Assembly: GCA_965662235.1 (NCBI GenBank)
Contig: CBFIGY010000010.1
Coordinates: 18,403 to 82,402 of the forward strand
DNA from: an uncultured bacterium
Lineage (GTDB): Bacteria; SAR324; NAC60-12
DNA: 64,000 nucleotides
Direction of reading: 5' to 3'
Part shown: positions 38,949 through 51,815 of the stretch, piece after piece
Position numbering within the stretch: position 1 is the stretch's first letter
Layout of the letters: each line of letters begins with the position of its first letter
The notes under the pieces: generated by a model
Databases searched by the model: none
What the model was told of the DNA's origin: nothing
What the model saw: only the letters and a program-made list of their open reading frames with translations
Position numbers and translations under genes: made by a program

Positions 38949-39410
38949 ATGAAACGATTGTTGATGGTGCTCGTGGGAAGCTGGGTGCTCTGGGGCAGTG
39001 GCGGAGCAGACGTTCGGGCGGAGGCAACGGTCTATGAGAGCCTGAAGCAGGACCTCGTGGGGCTGGATTACCTGCTCCGGAACCTTGAGTTCACCGAGGT
39101 ACAGTGCGATTTGGGAACCTGTGAATTGAGCACCGCAGACCGTTCCTACCAGGTGGTCCTGAGGCGAGCCAGCCCCGTGGAGTACAAGCGGGAGCGCCTG
39201 CTGTACGTGCTTAAGCTCCGGGTCCGTTCACCGCTGATGACGTCGAATCTGCAGGTGGATTACATTCAAGATCCGCCGAGCATCATTGTTGGACGCAATG
39301 GCTGGAGCGAGCCGATTCCCCCATACGAAAAGGTGATGTTCGGCATGGTGGGACGCTGGGTGCCGCTGCTTCAAGGGTGGCTGCGACGTGAGGGCTTGAG
39401 CATTGACTGA
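38949..39410 (+). CDS. Hypothetical exported protein
   Basis: MKRLLMVL signal peptide; fills the gap between genes. Confidence 0.6.
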   Translation: MKRLLMVLVGSWVLWGSGGADVRAEATVYESLKQDLVGLDYLLRNLEFTEVQCDLGTCELSTADRSYQVVLRRASPVEYKRERLLYVLKLRVRSPLMTSNLQVDYIQDPPSIIVGRNGWSEPIPPYEKVMFGMVGRWVPLLQGWLRREGLSID

Positions 39411-39558
39411 GGGCGCAGGCCCGGAAGGGGGGTAGGGCGGTCGAAATGCAAGATCCCCGTACCGCCAACCACAAGAGGCTTCTCCGTGGAGGGAAGGGCG
39501 GCAGCCCGGAGAAAAACCACCGCCCTGAGGTAGGGACGTTGCGTCCCCAAGGAGACCG

Positions 39559-40806
39559 TTAGACGGTTGCTGAACTCTGATACGAGAAGCCACCCGGCAT
39601 CTTCACAAACTCCGGATAGGAGTGCATGCCAAATTCCTTCTCATCAATGCCTTCCAGCTCTTCTTCTTCCGAGACCCGCAGACCCATCGTCGCTTTGATG
39701 ACGCTCCAGACCACGAGGCTGGCGACAAAGGTGAAGATGCCCACCACAACCACTCCCAGCAGCTGTGTGCCGAAGGAGGCGTCTGGTTTGAAGATGCCCA
39801 CAGCAAGTGTGCCCCAAATGCCGTTGACGAGGTGAACCGAAAGGGCTCCAACCGGATCGTCAATCTTCAGCTTGTCAAAGAACGGCACCGCGAAGATCAC
39901 CAGCACCCCACCAATTGCTCCAATCAGCGCAGCGACGCCAGGCGTGGAGTAGTCCGGACCGGCCGTGATGGCCACCAGGCCGGAGAGTGCGCCGTTGAGG
40001 ACCATCGTCAGGTCGATCTTCTTGTACATCACCTGGGTGAGGAGCAGCGCCACAATTGCGCCTGCACACGCGGCCATGTTGGTGTTGACCATCACAGCAG
40101 AGATTGCATCTGCGTCGGCCTTGCTTCCCAGAGCCAGCTGAGACCCCCCGTTGAATCCAAACCAGCCGAACCAGAGGATGAAGGTGCCCAAGGTGGCTAG
40201 TGGCAAGTTGGACGCCGGAATCGGAGCCACACGGCCCTGTGCATCGTATTTGCCCAGTCGCGGCCCCAGAAGCAGCGCGCCTGCAAGAGCGGCCCAGCCT
40301 CCAACGGAGTGCACGATGGTGGAACCTGCGAAATCAGAGAACCCGTCAATTAGGCCACCCAGTGCAGTGCCGCCCCAGGTCCAGTGTCCCTGAATCGGAT
40401 AGATGATGGCAGTCAGGACCAGTGTGAAGGCCATGAACGGCCAGTACTTGATGCGCTCGGCCACGGTTCCAGACACGATGGAGGCCGCAGTGGCGACAAA
40501 CACGACTTGAAAGAAGAAGTCCGACATCAGGCTGTGTCCGTCGGAAGAGGTTCCGGACAGAGCAAATCCGAAGCCCATGAAGCTGTTGCCGTCGCCGTAC
40601 ATGAGGTTGTAGCCCACAAAGTAATAGGCTAAGCAGGCCAGCGCATAGAGCGTGATGTTTTTCGTCAGGATGGCGGTGACGCTCTTACTCCGGACCATTC
40701 CGGCCTCCAGCATCGCAAAGCCTGCGGCCATCCACATCACCAGCGCACCGCTGATCAGAAGCCAGATCGTATCCAGCACATATTTCATCTCTGCTGAGAA
40801 TTCCAT
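39559..40806 (-). CDS. amtB: Ammonium transporter
   Basis: GFAMLEAG, DFAGSTIVH, WFGWFGFNGGS, IDDPVGA..VH. Confidence 0.95.
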   Translation of the reverse strand: MEFSAEMKYVLDTIWLLISGALVMWMAAGFAMLEAGMVRSKSVTAILTKNITLYALACLAYYFVGYNLMYGDGNSFMGFGFALSGTSSDGHSLMSDFFFQVVFVATAASIVSGTVAERIKYWPFMAFTLVLTAIIYPIQGHWTWGGTALGGLIDGFSDFAGSTIVHSVGGWAALAGALLLGPRLGKYDAQGRVAPIPASNLPLATLGTFILWFGWFGFNGGSQLALGSKADADAISAVMVNTNMAACAGAIVALLLTQVMYKKIDLTMVLNGALSGLVAITAGPDYSTPGVAALIGAIGGVLVIFAVPFFDKLKIDDPVGALSVHLVNGIWGTLAVGIFKPDASFGTQLLGVVVVGIFTFVASLVVWSVIKATMGLRVSEEEELEGIDEKEFGMHSYPEFVKMPGGFSYQSSATV

Positions 40807-40868
40807 TGGGTTCTCCGATTGAGGGATTGTTCAACAGAAGCCGAAGCTCCCGGGTCTGCTTTCCCTTC

Positions 40869-40884
40869 AGCAGAGAGCGTGCCT
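40869..40884 (-). promoter_or_regulatory. Putative sigma54 promoter of amtB
   Basis: Minus strand AGGCACGCTCTCTGCT has GG-N10-GC spacing. Confidence 0.7.
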
Positions 40885-40936
40885 GATGAAAATATTTTTT
40901 TAAGTAATTGATTTTGTTATTCTAAAAATTAAGATG

Positions 40937-40962
40937 ACAAATTATTGCCAATAATTTGTGCA
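40937..40962. promoter_or_regulatory. NtrC-like enhancer site / perfect palindrome
   Basis: ACAAATTATTG-C-CAATAATTTGT; overlaps TGCACAAATTATTGGCA (minus strand), which resembles TGCAC-N7-GTGCA. Confidence 0.65.
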
Positions 40963-41139
40963 CGTGTTTTAGTCGATTTTTGAGGCGTTTGCTTGTTTTT
41001 TGGACGAAGGCTTTCTCCGGAGCAGACGGCTGGTCCAGCATTTGGGGACCGGCGGAGCGAGGGCCGCGCCTGAGGTTCACCCCCCAGCGTCTCTCGCCTT
41101 CCGTAACGGGGGATTCCGGATTCAAGGCGGGCTGGATGA

Positions 41140-43554
<2,415 letters not shown>

Positions 43555-43711
43555 AGCGAGGGCGAGGGGGGATTCTTGATTCGATGAGCCCGGTGAAGCT
43601 GATTTTGCGGGCCATTTATGACTGCTTCAACCGCCTGCTCTGCAGGCAGCAACGGAAGTCATCCGAGTTGAACAGGCGTAACTGAAAACCTAAATAAGGA
43701 AACAGAGGACC

Positions 43712-44695
43712 ATGAGAAACGTGAAAGTCGCAGTTACCGGCGCCGCCGGACAAATCGGTTACGCCATGCTCTTCCGCATTGCGTCCGGAGCCGTGTTTGG
43801 CCCCAACACCACCGTTGACCTGCAGCTCCTGGAGCTTGAGGCAGCCCTTCCGGCGCTTGAAGGCGTGAAGATGGAACTGGACGACTGCGCGTTCCCGCTT
43901 TTGAACAAAGTGGTGACCACATCCGATGCAAACGTGGCCTTCAAGGACACGGACTGGGTTCTGCTCGTGGGCGCTGCGCCTCGGAAGGCCGGCATGGAGC
44001 GCAACGACCTGCTCCGCATCAACGGCGGCATTTTCGTGGGTCAGGGCCAAGCGATCAACGAAAGCGCAGGAGACGACGTCCGCATCCTCGTGGTCGGCAA
44101 TCCCTGCAACACCAACTGCCTCATTGCCATGAACAATGCCCCCCGGATTCCTCGGGACCGCTGGTTTGCCATGACGGCGTTGGACGAAAACCGGGCCAAG
44201 ACTCAGCTGGCTCAGAAGGCCGGCGTTGCGGTGAAGGACGTCACCAACCTGACCATCTGGGGCAACCACAGCGCCACTCAGTATCCGGACTTCTTCAATG
44301 CGAAGATTGGCGGAACCCCGGCGCCAGAGGTGATCAGCGACCATGAGTGGCTCAAGGGCGACTTCATTTCCACCGTACAGCAACGCGGTGCCGCCATCAT
44401 CAAGGCCCGCGGCGCGTCCTCTGCTGCTTCGGCCGCCAATGCGGCTCTGGATACCGTGATGCGCATGGAAAATCCCACTGCGGCGGGCGACTGGTTCAGC
44501 ACCGGGGTTCCCAGCGATGGCAGCTATGGCATTCCGGAAGGACTGATCTTCAGCTATCCGCTGGTCAGTAAGGGAGGAAGTCAGTGGGAGATCGTCCAAG
44601 ACGTTCCCGTCAACGACTTTGCTCAGGAAAAAATCAACGCGACCCAAGCCGAGTTGGAAGGGGAGCGTGAAGCCGTTAAAGACATGCTAGGGTAA
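43712..44695 (+). CDS. mdh: Malate dehydrogenase
   Basis: [36 protein letters not shown]. Confidence 0.96.
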   Translation: MRNVKVAVTGAAGQIGYAMLFRIASGAVFGPNTTVDLQLLELEAALPALEGVKMELDDCAFPLLNKVVTTSDANVAFKDTDWVLLVGAAPRKAGMERNDLLRINGGIFVGQGQAINESAGDDVRILVVGNPCNTNCLIAMNNAPRIPRDRWFAMTALDENRAKTQLAQKAGVAVKDVTNLTIWGNHSATQYPDFFNAKIGGTPAPEVISDHEWLKGDFISTVQQRGAAIIKARGASSAASAANAALDTVMRMENPTAAGDWFSTGVPSDGSYGIPEGLIFSYPLVSKGGSQWEIVQDVPVNDFAQEKINATQAELEGEREAVKDMLG

Positions 44696-44701
44696 AGCTT
44701 C

Positions 44702-45877
44702 ATGAAAATTCACGAATATCAAGCGAAGCAGGTTCTGGCTCAGTACGGAGTCACCATTCCCCGAGGAAAGGTCGCTCAGACCCCTGAAGAGGCGGTTGCC
44801 GCTGCTCAGGAATTGGGCACCGAGGTGTGTGTCGTCAAGGCCCAGATCCATGCAGGTGGCCGCGGAAAAGGCGGTGGGGTGAAGGTCTCAAAGGGACTGG
44901 ATGCGGTTCGAGAGAACGCCGAACAGATCATCGGCATGCAGCTGGTCACGCACCAAACCGGTCCGGCAGGGCAGAAGGTCAAGCAGGTCCTGGTTGAAGA
45001 GGGCATGGACATTGTGAAGGAGCTCTACTGCTCCGTGCTCGTGGACCGCGGGCAGCAACGGGTGGTCATCCTCGCCTCCACGGAGGGAGGAATGGACATT
45101 GAAGAGGTTGCAGCAAAGACGCCGGAGAAGATCCTCAAGGTGTTTGTGGACCCGACCATTGGTCTGCGCCCGTTCCAGACGATGGAGCTGGCGTATGGCT
45201 TGGAGATTGACAAGATCAATCCAAAGCTGATTCGTCCGGCAGCGGCCCTGTTTCAGTCCCTCTATGATGCCTTTGTCGCAGAAGACTGCTCCTTGGTGGA
45301 GATCAATCCGCTTGTGCTCACAGGAGACGGACGGGTGATTGCTCTGGATTCCAAAGTCACCTTTGATGACAATGCCCTCTTCCGGCACAAAGCAACCCTG
45401 GAGTTGCGGGATCCGGATGAAGAGGATCCTCTGGAAATCGAGGCAGCAGAGTCCAACCTCAACTACATCAAACTAGATGGCACCATTGGCTGCATGGTCA
45501 ACGGAGCCGGACTGGCGATGGGGACGATGGACATCATCAAGGCTTATGGCGGTGAGCCCGCCAACTTCCTGGACGTCGGAGGCACGGCGACTCAGGAGAC
45601 GGTGGAGAAGGCCTTCAAGATCATCACGAGTGATGCCAACGTGAAGTGCATCCTCATCAATATCTTCGGAGGCATTGTCCGGTGCGACATGGTTGCGGCT
45701 GGAGTCATTGCCGCCATCAAGAACGTCAACCTGCAGATCCCTGTGGTGGTCCGTCTCGAAGGCACCAACGCCGAAGAAGCCCACACCCTGGTGGCTGAAT
45801 CAGGACTGGGAGATAAGCTGCAAATGGCAGACGGCCTCAAGGACGCAGCTCAGAAAGCGGTGGCTGCGGTCGCTTAA
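44702..45877 (+). CDS. sucC: Succinyl-CoA ligase beta subunit
   Basis: [37 protein letters not shown]. Confidence 0.95.
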   Translation: MKIHEYQAKQVLAQYGVTIPRGKVAQTPEEAVAAAQELGTEVCVVKAQIHAGGRGKGGGVKVSKGLDAVRENAEQIIGMQLVTHQTGPAGQKVKQVLVEEGMDIVKELYCSVLVDRGQQRVVILASTEGGMDIEEVAAKTPEKILKVFVDPTIGLRPFQTMELAYGLEIDKINPKLIRPAAALFQSLYDAFVAEDCSLVEINPLVLTGDGRVIALDSKVTFDDNALFRHKATLELRDPDEEDPLEIEAAESNLNYIKLDGTIGCMVNGAGLAMGTMDIIKAYGGEPANFLDVGGTATQETVEKAFKIITSDANVKCILINIFGGIVRCDMVAAGVIAAIKNVNLQIPVVVRLEGTNAEEAHTLVAESGLGDKLQMADGLKDAAQKAVAAVA

Positions 45878-45918
45878 GCCGCACAGAATCCCTTTCAGGT
45901 TCGCTCTTTTTCCGGTAT

Positions 45919-45952
45919 CCTGCTTCTGATGTTTTTGTGTTTCAGAAGCAGG
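45919..45952 (+). terminator. Long stem-loop between sucC and the tRNA
   Basis: CCTGCTTCTGA...TCAGAAGCAGG, 11-bp arms. Confidence 0.5.
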
Positions 45953-45962
45953 CCCTCCTTCA

Positions 45963-46038
<76 letters not shown>

Positions 46039-46256
46039 AAACTTCCCCTTCATTCCTTCATCGACTGAGATCCCGAAGAAGCGATTGCTTCACGGAACCC
46101 CTTCCTCCTGATTCCGAAGGCTCAGGCCACGGCTTCTTGTGGCACAACAAGCTCTAGGACCTCGCCATGAGTGCGGACACGCCGGAAAACAGCTGACGGA
46201 GGGGAGGAGACTGCTGGCCCAAGGCGTTCCTGAGGCAAGCAGCCGGTCTGTGGGCG

Positions 46257-46547
46257 TCAGTTGCGCTCGGTCAACCAGACGATTCGGGGGTCACCACTCA
46301 GGAAGGGACCCAAGACGTCCATGAGTCCGGTGTCGAGGCGCCACTGAAAGTACTTTGCCTGATGCTCCCGGGTTTCCCATTCCTCATACAGCCACAGGAA
46401 GCCGTCATCGTCTTCCGGAACCCACACGTCCACTTTCTGGTTGCCGTCATAAGCGCGGGTGTCTGGAAGTGCGGAGTTGACGACGTCAATGAACGCTTCT
46501 CGCTTCTCGGGAATGACGGGGAACATCAGAATCATCTTTTCTGCCAT
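46257..46547 (-). CDS. ABM (antibiotic biosynthesis monooxygenase) family protein
   Basis: AGGAGG RBS; LPDTRAYDG and LYEEWETREH motifs. Confidence 0.82.
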   Translation of the reverse strand: MAEKMILMFPVIPEKREAFIDVVNSALPDTRAYDGNQKVDVWVPEDDDGFLWLYEEWETREHQAKYFQWRLDTGLMDVLGPFLSGDPRIVWLTERN

Positions 46548-46758
46548 AAGCCTCCTGATTTGTTTAAAAAATTTGCATTGAGCCGCAGGGCGACGCAACA
46601 GAGGGGCCTAGCGTATCAGGCGTCCTTGCCAAGTCAATAGCGAGTTGGGGCGATCGCGCGTTGGCAGTGCCTGAGCAGGAGAAACGGTCAGCTGCCGCGA
46701 AGAGGAAAAGAGTGCCCGGAGGGGGCGCACGTGCCACCAGTAAGCATGGAGGAAGTGA

Positions 46759-46798
46759 CTCCTAGGCCGGTTCTGAGGACCAGGCTCCGACCTAGGAG
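46759..46798 (-). terminator. Hairpin downstream of ccp
   Basis: CTCCTAGG...CCTAGGAG inverted repeat. Confidence 0.4.
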
Positions 46799-46812
46799 CA
46801 ACTGAGGAAGGA

Positions 46813-47802
46813 TCAGTCGAAGGGGTGTGGCCGCGGGGTCGCGTTGGTGGAAGGGGGCAAAATCGGAAGCTTAAAGTCAGGTTGCTTGCCGGTCAGCGTT
46901 TTGAGAAAGGCGACAATCTGCGCATTCTCTTCTGCGTTGAAGCGCCTTCCCAGCTGCAGGCGCCCCATGAGGTCCACGGCCTCTTCCAGGGTCCACACGG
47001 CGCCATCGTGAAAGTAGGGATACGTCAGTTCCACATTCCGGAGCGTGGGAACCTTGAAGCGGAAGCGATCGGCATCCTTTCCCGTCAGCCCAGCCACTCC
47101 TTCAGAGGGGTTGGACGTCTGGTAGGGCTCAATGAGCCCCATCTTCTGAAACGAGGCTCCTCCCACAGCAGGGCCATTGTGGCAGGCCACGCATCCGCTG
47201 GTTTTGAAAAGCTCATAGCCCGCCCGTTCAAAGTCCGTCAGGGCCTTCTTGTCTCCAAGCAGCCACTTGTCAAAGGGAGCATCTGGCGTCACCAGGGTTT
47301 CTTCAAAGGCGGCAATGGCGTCGGTGACCTGAGCAATGGTGATGGCTTCCGATCCAAAGGCCTGGTGGAAGCGTGTCTGGTACTCGGGAATGGAGCGCAG
47401 GACATCAACGGCAAGGGCGTGGGTGAAGGCCATCTCGCCAGGGTTGGCAATGGGCCCTCCCGCCTGTTCCTGCAGGTCCCGGGCACGCCCGTCCCAGAAC
47501 TGCGCTAGGTTCATGCTGGAGTTCAGAACCGTCGGCGCGTTGATAGGGCCTTGGGACCAGTTGTGGCCAATGGAGGTCTGGAGGTTGTCGGTTCCGCCGA
47601 GGCTGAGGTTGTGGCAGGAGTTGCAGGAGATGAAGCCTGACTGAGAAAGACGGGGGTCAAAGTACAGCATCTTGCCCAGCTCGACCAAGCGGATGTCACG
47701 AGGGAGGGGCTTGACGAGGGGCTGAATGGGTTCTTGGGCCTGAAGAGCAGGCGCCAGGGGCAACGCCAGGAACGCTGCCACCAGAAAGTGACGTAAACGC
47801 AT
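46813..47802 (-). CDS. ccp: Di-heme cytochrome c peroxidase
   Basis: Signal peptide; CNSCH and CVACH heme motifs; QFWDGRA; KVPTLRN..LTYPYFHDG. Confidence 0.94.
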   Translation of the reverse strand: MRLRHFLVAAFLALPLAPALQAQEPIQPLVKPLPRDIRLVELGKMLYFDPRLSQSGFISCNSCHNLSLGGTDNLQTSIGHNWSQGPINAPTVLNSSMNLAQFWDGRARDLQEQAGGPIANPGEMAFTHALAVDVLRSIPEYQTRFHQAFGSEAITIAQVTDAIAAFEETLVTPDAPFDKWLLGDKKALTDFERAGYELFKTSGCVACHNGPAVGGASFQKMGLIEPYQTSNPSEGVAGLTGKDADRFRFKVPTLRNVELTYPYFHDGAVWTLEEAVDLMGRLQLGRRFNAEENAQIVAFLKTLTGKQPDFKLPILPPSTNATPRPHPFD

Positions 47803-48052
47803 ACGGTCTCATGGAGGAGAAGAAAGGCAAAAACGCGGGTACCTTCCAGTATGACGGACGCTCCCTTTATGGAAATCCGTAGATCTACCCAATATAATCC
47901 CCAGAAAAATACCCAGTCCGGATGGAGAAAAAGAGGAAGAAAGGGGAACGGCGGAGGAGTCAGGAAGGAGAGAGACCCACCCACCGAGACCGGTACTGCG
48001 GCAGGCGCAAGGGGCTCTGTGCAGAGCACCCTCGCTTTTTCAAAGGAGGGAA

Positions 48053-48091
48053 GAAAAGTATGACCGCCTTCAAGGGAAGACAAGCATAAAA
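48053..48091 (+). repeat. 39-bp direct repeat, copy 1
   Basis: GAAAAGTATGACCGCCTTCAAGGGAAGACAAGCATAAAA. Confidence 0.9.
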
Positions 48092-48124
48092 TGTTGCCCT
48101 GACCTCCTTCAGGACTTCAAAGAA

Positions 48125-48646
48125 CTAGCTGGCGCTTGAGGAAAAAACACAACTCTCTTCCAAGGAAGGATTGTTCTTGATGAGGGCTGAAATGTCATTC
48201 AAGAACTGTTTTGAGTCATTTGGTTCTAGGGCTGCCTCATGGAACAAGTCTTGATATTGATCTTGCATTGCAGCAGCTAAAAGAGTCCCATCTTGGCATC
48301 CATGGAGGGAGGCTAGGGTTCCAATATGAGTTTCCTTTCCTCCAATGCCTTGAGAGGCTTCTTCTCGCAAATAGTCGTAACTTCCTGCCACAAAAATCTC
48401 TTTCTCTGCTTCTAAGAAAGCAAGAAATCCATCACAACCTGATGTTGAACTTGTTGTTGCGGCAGTATATGTAGGAGATGAGAAAAACCAGTTGATACCT
48501 GCTTTACTAAGTTTTTCTACCGTACCACTGCCGCTACCAACGACTTCTCCACCAGGTCCACACTGCATAAAGCCAAACGCATTAGTTCCCATGAACAAAA
48601 ATGCGCCAAGCAATAGTGTCGTGTATTTGATCATTTTTCTTGTCAT
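48125..48646 (-). CDS. DUF3015-like exported protein
   Basis: CGPG, TTSSTSGC, EASQG, TLASLHGC; GAGGT RBS; AT-rich. Confidence 0.75.
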   Translation of the reverse strand: MTRKMIKYTTLLLGAFLFMGTNAFGFMQCGPGGEVVGSGSGTVEKLSKAGINWFFSSPTYTAATTSSTSGCDGFLAFLEAEKEIFVAGSYDYLREEASQGIGGKETHIGTLASLHGCQDGTLLAAAMQDQYQDLFHEAALEPNDSKQFLNDISALIKNNPSLEESCVFSSSAS

Positions 48647-48925
48647 AACCACCTCTTTACATAGAATTTGGCTTCGTTAGATCGATACAAAAGGGTAACT
48701 GTTCAGCACCCCTTTATGCCGGTTAAATAGTGATGTTTAATGATAAAATAAAAAACTGCCTTCATTCAGAAAGCATTGAGTATTTATAAAATCATTAAAA
48801 ATCATTAAGTTAGATGAGGGCCACATCAATTCATTCGCAAATACTCCCATAATGAATAGTTAACGAAAAAGAGCATATCCTAGAAGCTTTCAGGATACAC
48901 CCAATAAGAAATGGCTGAAGAAGAC

Positions 48926-49461
48926 AAGGGTTGCCGCATCAAGCAGCCTCCCTCATCTTGCTCTCTAGTTGGGTCAGCCCCCCATAGAGAGAGCTTAAAC
49001 CACCTATTCATGAATACATGACCATCCACTGGGGTAGCAATTTTGCCTCACGCTACTCCAGCCGCCGTTCACTCTCAAGGTATATTAGAAAAAAATATCG
49101 AGTAACTGCTCAGCATCCTCTTCCCTGCTCTCTGAGGAGGGTGTGCTCAAGAAAAAGGGTGATCTGCCAGGACAATCGCATTAAAACCAAATTGCACTTT
49201 GGAACCGATACGCTGGTTGAAATTGAGTTTTGGGCCAAGGAAAAACAGGACTGGCCGCCGCCGCACCTCCGTCTTCCTCACCGGATTCCTTCGCACAAGA
49301 CCGTGGGGCGCCTTTTGAACCAGATGGACCCGTAAGAGTTCATTGCCTCCTTTCAACGCTGGGTCCGTGGTCAACTTCCTCAGTTGGCCGACATGGTTGC
49401 GAGTGATCGCTACCGGGCTCAACTCATTGGGGCGAAAGCATAACTTCACGCAATTGCCCTG
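48926..49461 (+). mobile_element. Degraded, internally deleted ISAs1-family element
   Basis: EKQDW...LPHRIPSHKTVGRLLNQMDP*EFIASFQRWV matches the ISAs1 (H-repeat) GIPSHDT motif; ends AAGGGTTGCCGCATC and GCAATTGCCCTG resemble CAGGG termini. Confidence 0.75.
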
Positions 49462-49539
49462 ATCATCAACTCAGAAGGGCACCACCAGAGTTTGGTGAAA
49501 AATAACAGCTGAGACCCCGAGCTAGGCCCCATCTGCGAG

Positions 49540-49578
49540 GAAAAGTATGACAACCTTCAAGGGAAGACAAGCATAAAA
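49540..49578 (+). repeat. 39-bp direct repeat, copy 2
   Basis: GAAAAGTATGACAACCTTCAAGGGAAGACAAGCATAAAA; 37/39 identical to copy 1. Confidence 0.9.
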
Positions 49579-49600
49579 ACTCGTATGCCCGCATTTCTCC

Positions 49601-51616
49601 TCAAAAGTACCAGTGCATAGCCAACCGGGCTTCGGTGCCAATCCAGTGCTCCAACTCCAGCCGGAGGTCGCTCTGAGACGTGAGGGTCCAGCGCTGGTGA
49701 AGCTGAACGCGCTCGCTTGAAAACGTGGGGCCACTGAAGTCCTGAAAGTGAGCAGCCTCCAGCCGAACTTGCCACGCACGTGAAGTTGATAGGGTCACCC
49801 CCAGATGCGGGGCAGTGCCCCAGGTCGTGGCGCTCCAAGAGTCCCGAGGTGCCTGCCCAAAGAGGTCGACAAACGCGAAGACCTTCCCGGAGTCACCGAG
49901 CGCTTCAACAAAGCCTGCCCCGGCTTGAAGGCGAAACACACGGCAGGCCGCAGGCGAAAGGAATGGGGAGGGCCCTGAGTCGTTTTCTGCCTGTTCCAAC
50001 GCGTCTCCCCAGGGCTGTTCTGGATCCTTCAGGCAGCCGAGGTCGCGACGTTCCCAACCCGACCGGATTCGCCAGTTCCAGCGAGAGGCCATTGGGAGTC
50101 CAGAAGGAGGAACGCTCAGCTTCTCAACGCGGAAGAGCTCAAGCTGCGTGAGGCTCACCTCTCCGTCATTGATACGAATCCGGGTGTCGAGTGTGGTCAA
50201 CTCTGCATCGGGTAGGTGCCCTGTGGCATCACCCAGCGCGTCCCGATACGAACTCCAGATGCCCAGCTCCAGCGCGGCGCCGGAGGCTTCATTTCCGATG
50301 GCAGCAACCCGGATGCGGGTGGGAGGCGTTCCCTGTGTCGGCGGCAGCAGAGGGTTCAGGTCTTCCGGAAGCCCCATTGGAGGCAACTGGCTCCGTCGGA
50401 GGAGCACGGTTTGCCGCAGCGTTTTCTGTTCCTCAGACAGCTCGCCGTCCTTGCTGTACTGCTGCCAGTCGATGAAGGCGTCCAGCACCCGCGCCTGGGT
50501 GACCTCCGGAAGCGCCTGCAGCTCCGGATCGTCCGGGCGAGCGCGACCCTCTGCGAGGCGGTTGAGCCAGTCCTTGCCGGTGTCGTCAAGCAGCGCGGCT
50601 CGTTGCTGAAGGCGTCGCTGGCGCGACGGAATCAGCGTGGGCTCGCCCAGCAGTGAACCTCCAGCCTCCGCCTCTAGGCTCTGGGTCTTGAAAACCACAT
50701 CCACCGGAATCACCCAGAGGGCGCCAGGGGTGTTGATCCGTGTCTCATCCGTCCAAGCGTGCTCAAGCAGCTCCGCCTGACGGTAGGCGCAGTTGTCGAG
50801 AAAGAAGTAGTAGCGGAAGCTGATGTTCTGAAGAAGTTCCCAGGTGTGCCGGGTGATGCGTTCTCGCTGCTCCCGGGTCAGCCGTAGGGGGTACTCCCAG
50901 AGGTCCCGCAGTTCGTTTTCGCCATAGACGTGGTTGAAGTTGTAAAAGCGCTCATCAGAGAACATCGCGCTGTAGCCGCCGAACAGGCCTCGGAAGACGT
51001 ACTCCAGCGGGTGGTCATCCGGATTGGTAATGGCCCCAAAGTTGAGGGTGGGGCTGAGAAGCGAATGCCCAAACCACTGATTCCCCGAGTTGAATTTGAT
51101 CAGCAGGTGACCGTAGAGCGACGCCGGATTGTCCAGGTAGGCCGAGACAAAGACCAGGCTCATGTCCTGAGCTTCCGGGAGGTTGGACCAGCGTTCAAAG
51201 AGGGGGCAGGTCCCCTCCGGAAGTTCCGGAAGCGCCAGGTGCGTTTTCAGCCAGTGGTACCGCCCGACGAAGCGGCACCGGGGGTGCGCGTTCGGGTCCT
51301 CTCCAACCGGAGAAAAGAATCCGGAGAGGGTTGCGTCCAGCTCAGCCTGGGGGTTCGTTTGTCCCTCTGGACTCAGGAAAAAGTGCGGCGTGATGACGTC
51401 GCTTTCAGAGGCCCACTGTCCCACCGACTCCCCGGGGGAGTAAAAGTGCAGCAGCTTGAGCCAGTAGGGGTGCTCGGCAAGTCCTAGGGAGCGGGCCTGT
51501 TGCTGAAGCTCCGCCACTGGAGGGACAGAGCGGGCGGATTCGACCGCCAGGGAGGCCACAGGCAAGGCCAGGAGGCCCATGAGCAGTGCCGAACAAAGAC
51601 AGATGAAGGATCGCAC
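49601..51616 (-). CDS. DUF4105 (Lnb N-terminal-like) domain outer-membrane protein
   Basis: WLKLLH, PASLYGH, ENELRDLWEY, YYFFLDNCA; beta-barrel-like C-terminus ending WYF. Confidence 0.82.
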   Translation of the reverse strand: MRSFICLCSALLMGLLALPVASLAVESARSVPPVAELQQQARSLGLAEHPYWLKLLHFYSPGESVGQWASESDVITPHFFLSPEGQTNPQAELDATLSGFFSPVGEDPNAHPRCRFVGRYHWLKTHLALPELPEGTCPLFERWSNLPEAQDMSLVFVSAYLDNPASLYGHLLIKFNSGNQWFGHSLLSPTLNFGAITNPDDHPLEYVFRGLFGGYSAMFSDERFYNFNHVYGENELRDLWEYPLRLTREQRERITRHTWELLQNISFRYYFFLDNCAYRQAELLEHAWTDETRINTPGALWVIPVDVVFKTQSLEAEAGGSLLGEPTLIPSRQRRLQQRAALLDDTGKDWLNRLAEGRARPDDPELQALPEVTQARVLDAFIDWQQYSKDGELSEEQKTLRQTVLLRRSQLPPMGLPEDLNPLLPPTQGTPPTRIRVAAIGNEASGAALELGIWSSYRDALGDATGHLPDAELTTLDTRIRINDGEVSLTQLELFRVEKLSVPPSGLPMASRWNWRIRSGWERRDLGCLKDPEQPWGDALEQAENDSGPSPFLSPAACRVFRLQAGAGFVEALGDSGKVFAFVDLFGQAPRDSWSATTWGTAPHLGVTLSTSRAWQVRLEAAHFQDFSGPTFSSERVQLHQRWTLTSQSDLRLELEHWIGTEARLAMHWYF

Positions 51617-51815
51617 GGTCGCGAGGCTTGGAAGAGGTTAAGGGTTTCCACTTGAAGAAGCGGCCTTACCATAGCGATCCTCAGCCTCCACCTCAAGCCC
51701 TGAAGTGGAGCCTGCGCCTGATCCCGGAACGGTCACGATCTTCCAGATGGCTCGCTCGGTCCAAAGCGCTCCTCCGGAAGCAGACCCTCACGGGGGCAGG
51801 CTCCACTAGGTAGGG

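Noticed and set aside
48053-49578. 39-bp repeats as CRISPR repeats or integron attC sites
   Set aside because: Only two copies 1.5 kb apart, no cas or intI gene, and no attC-type inverted core sites
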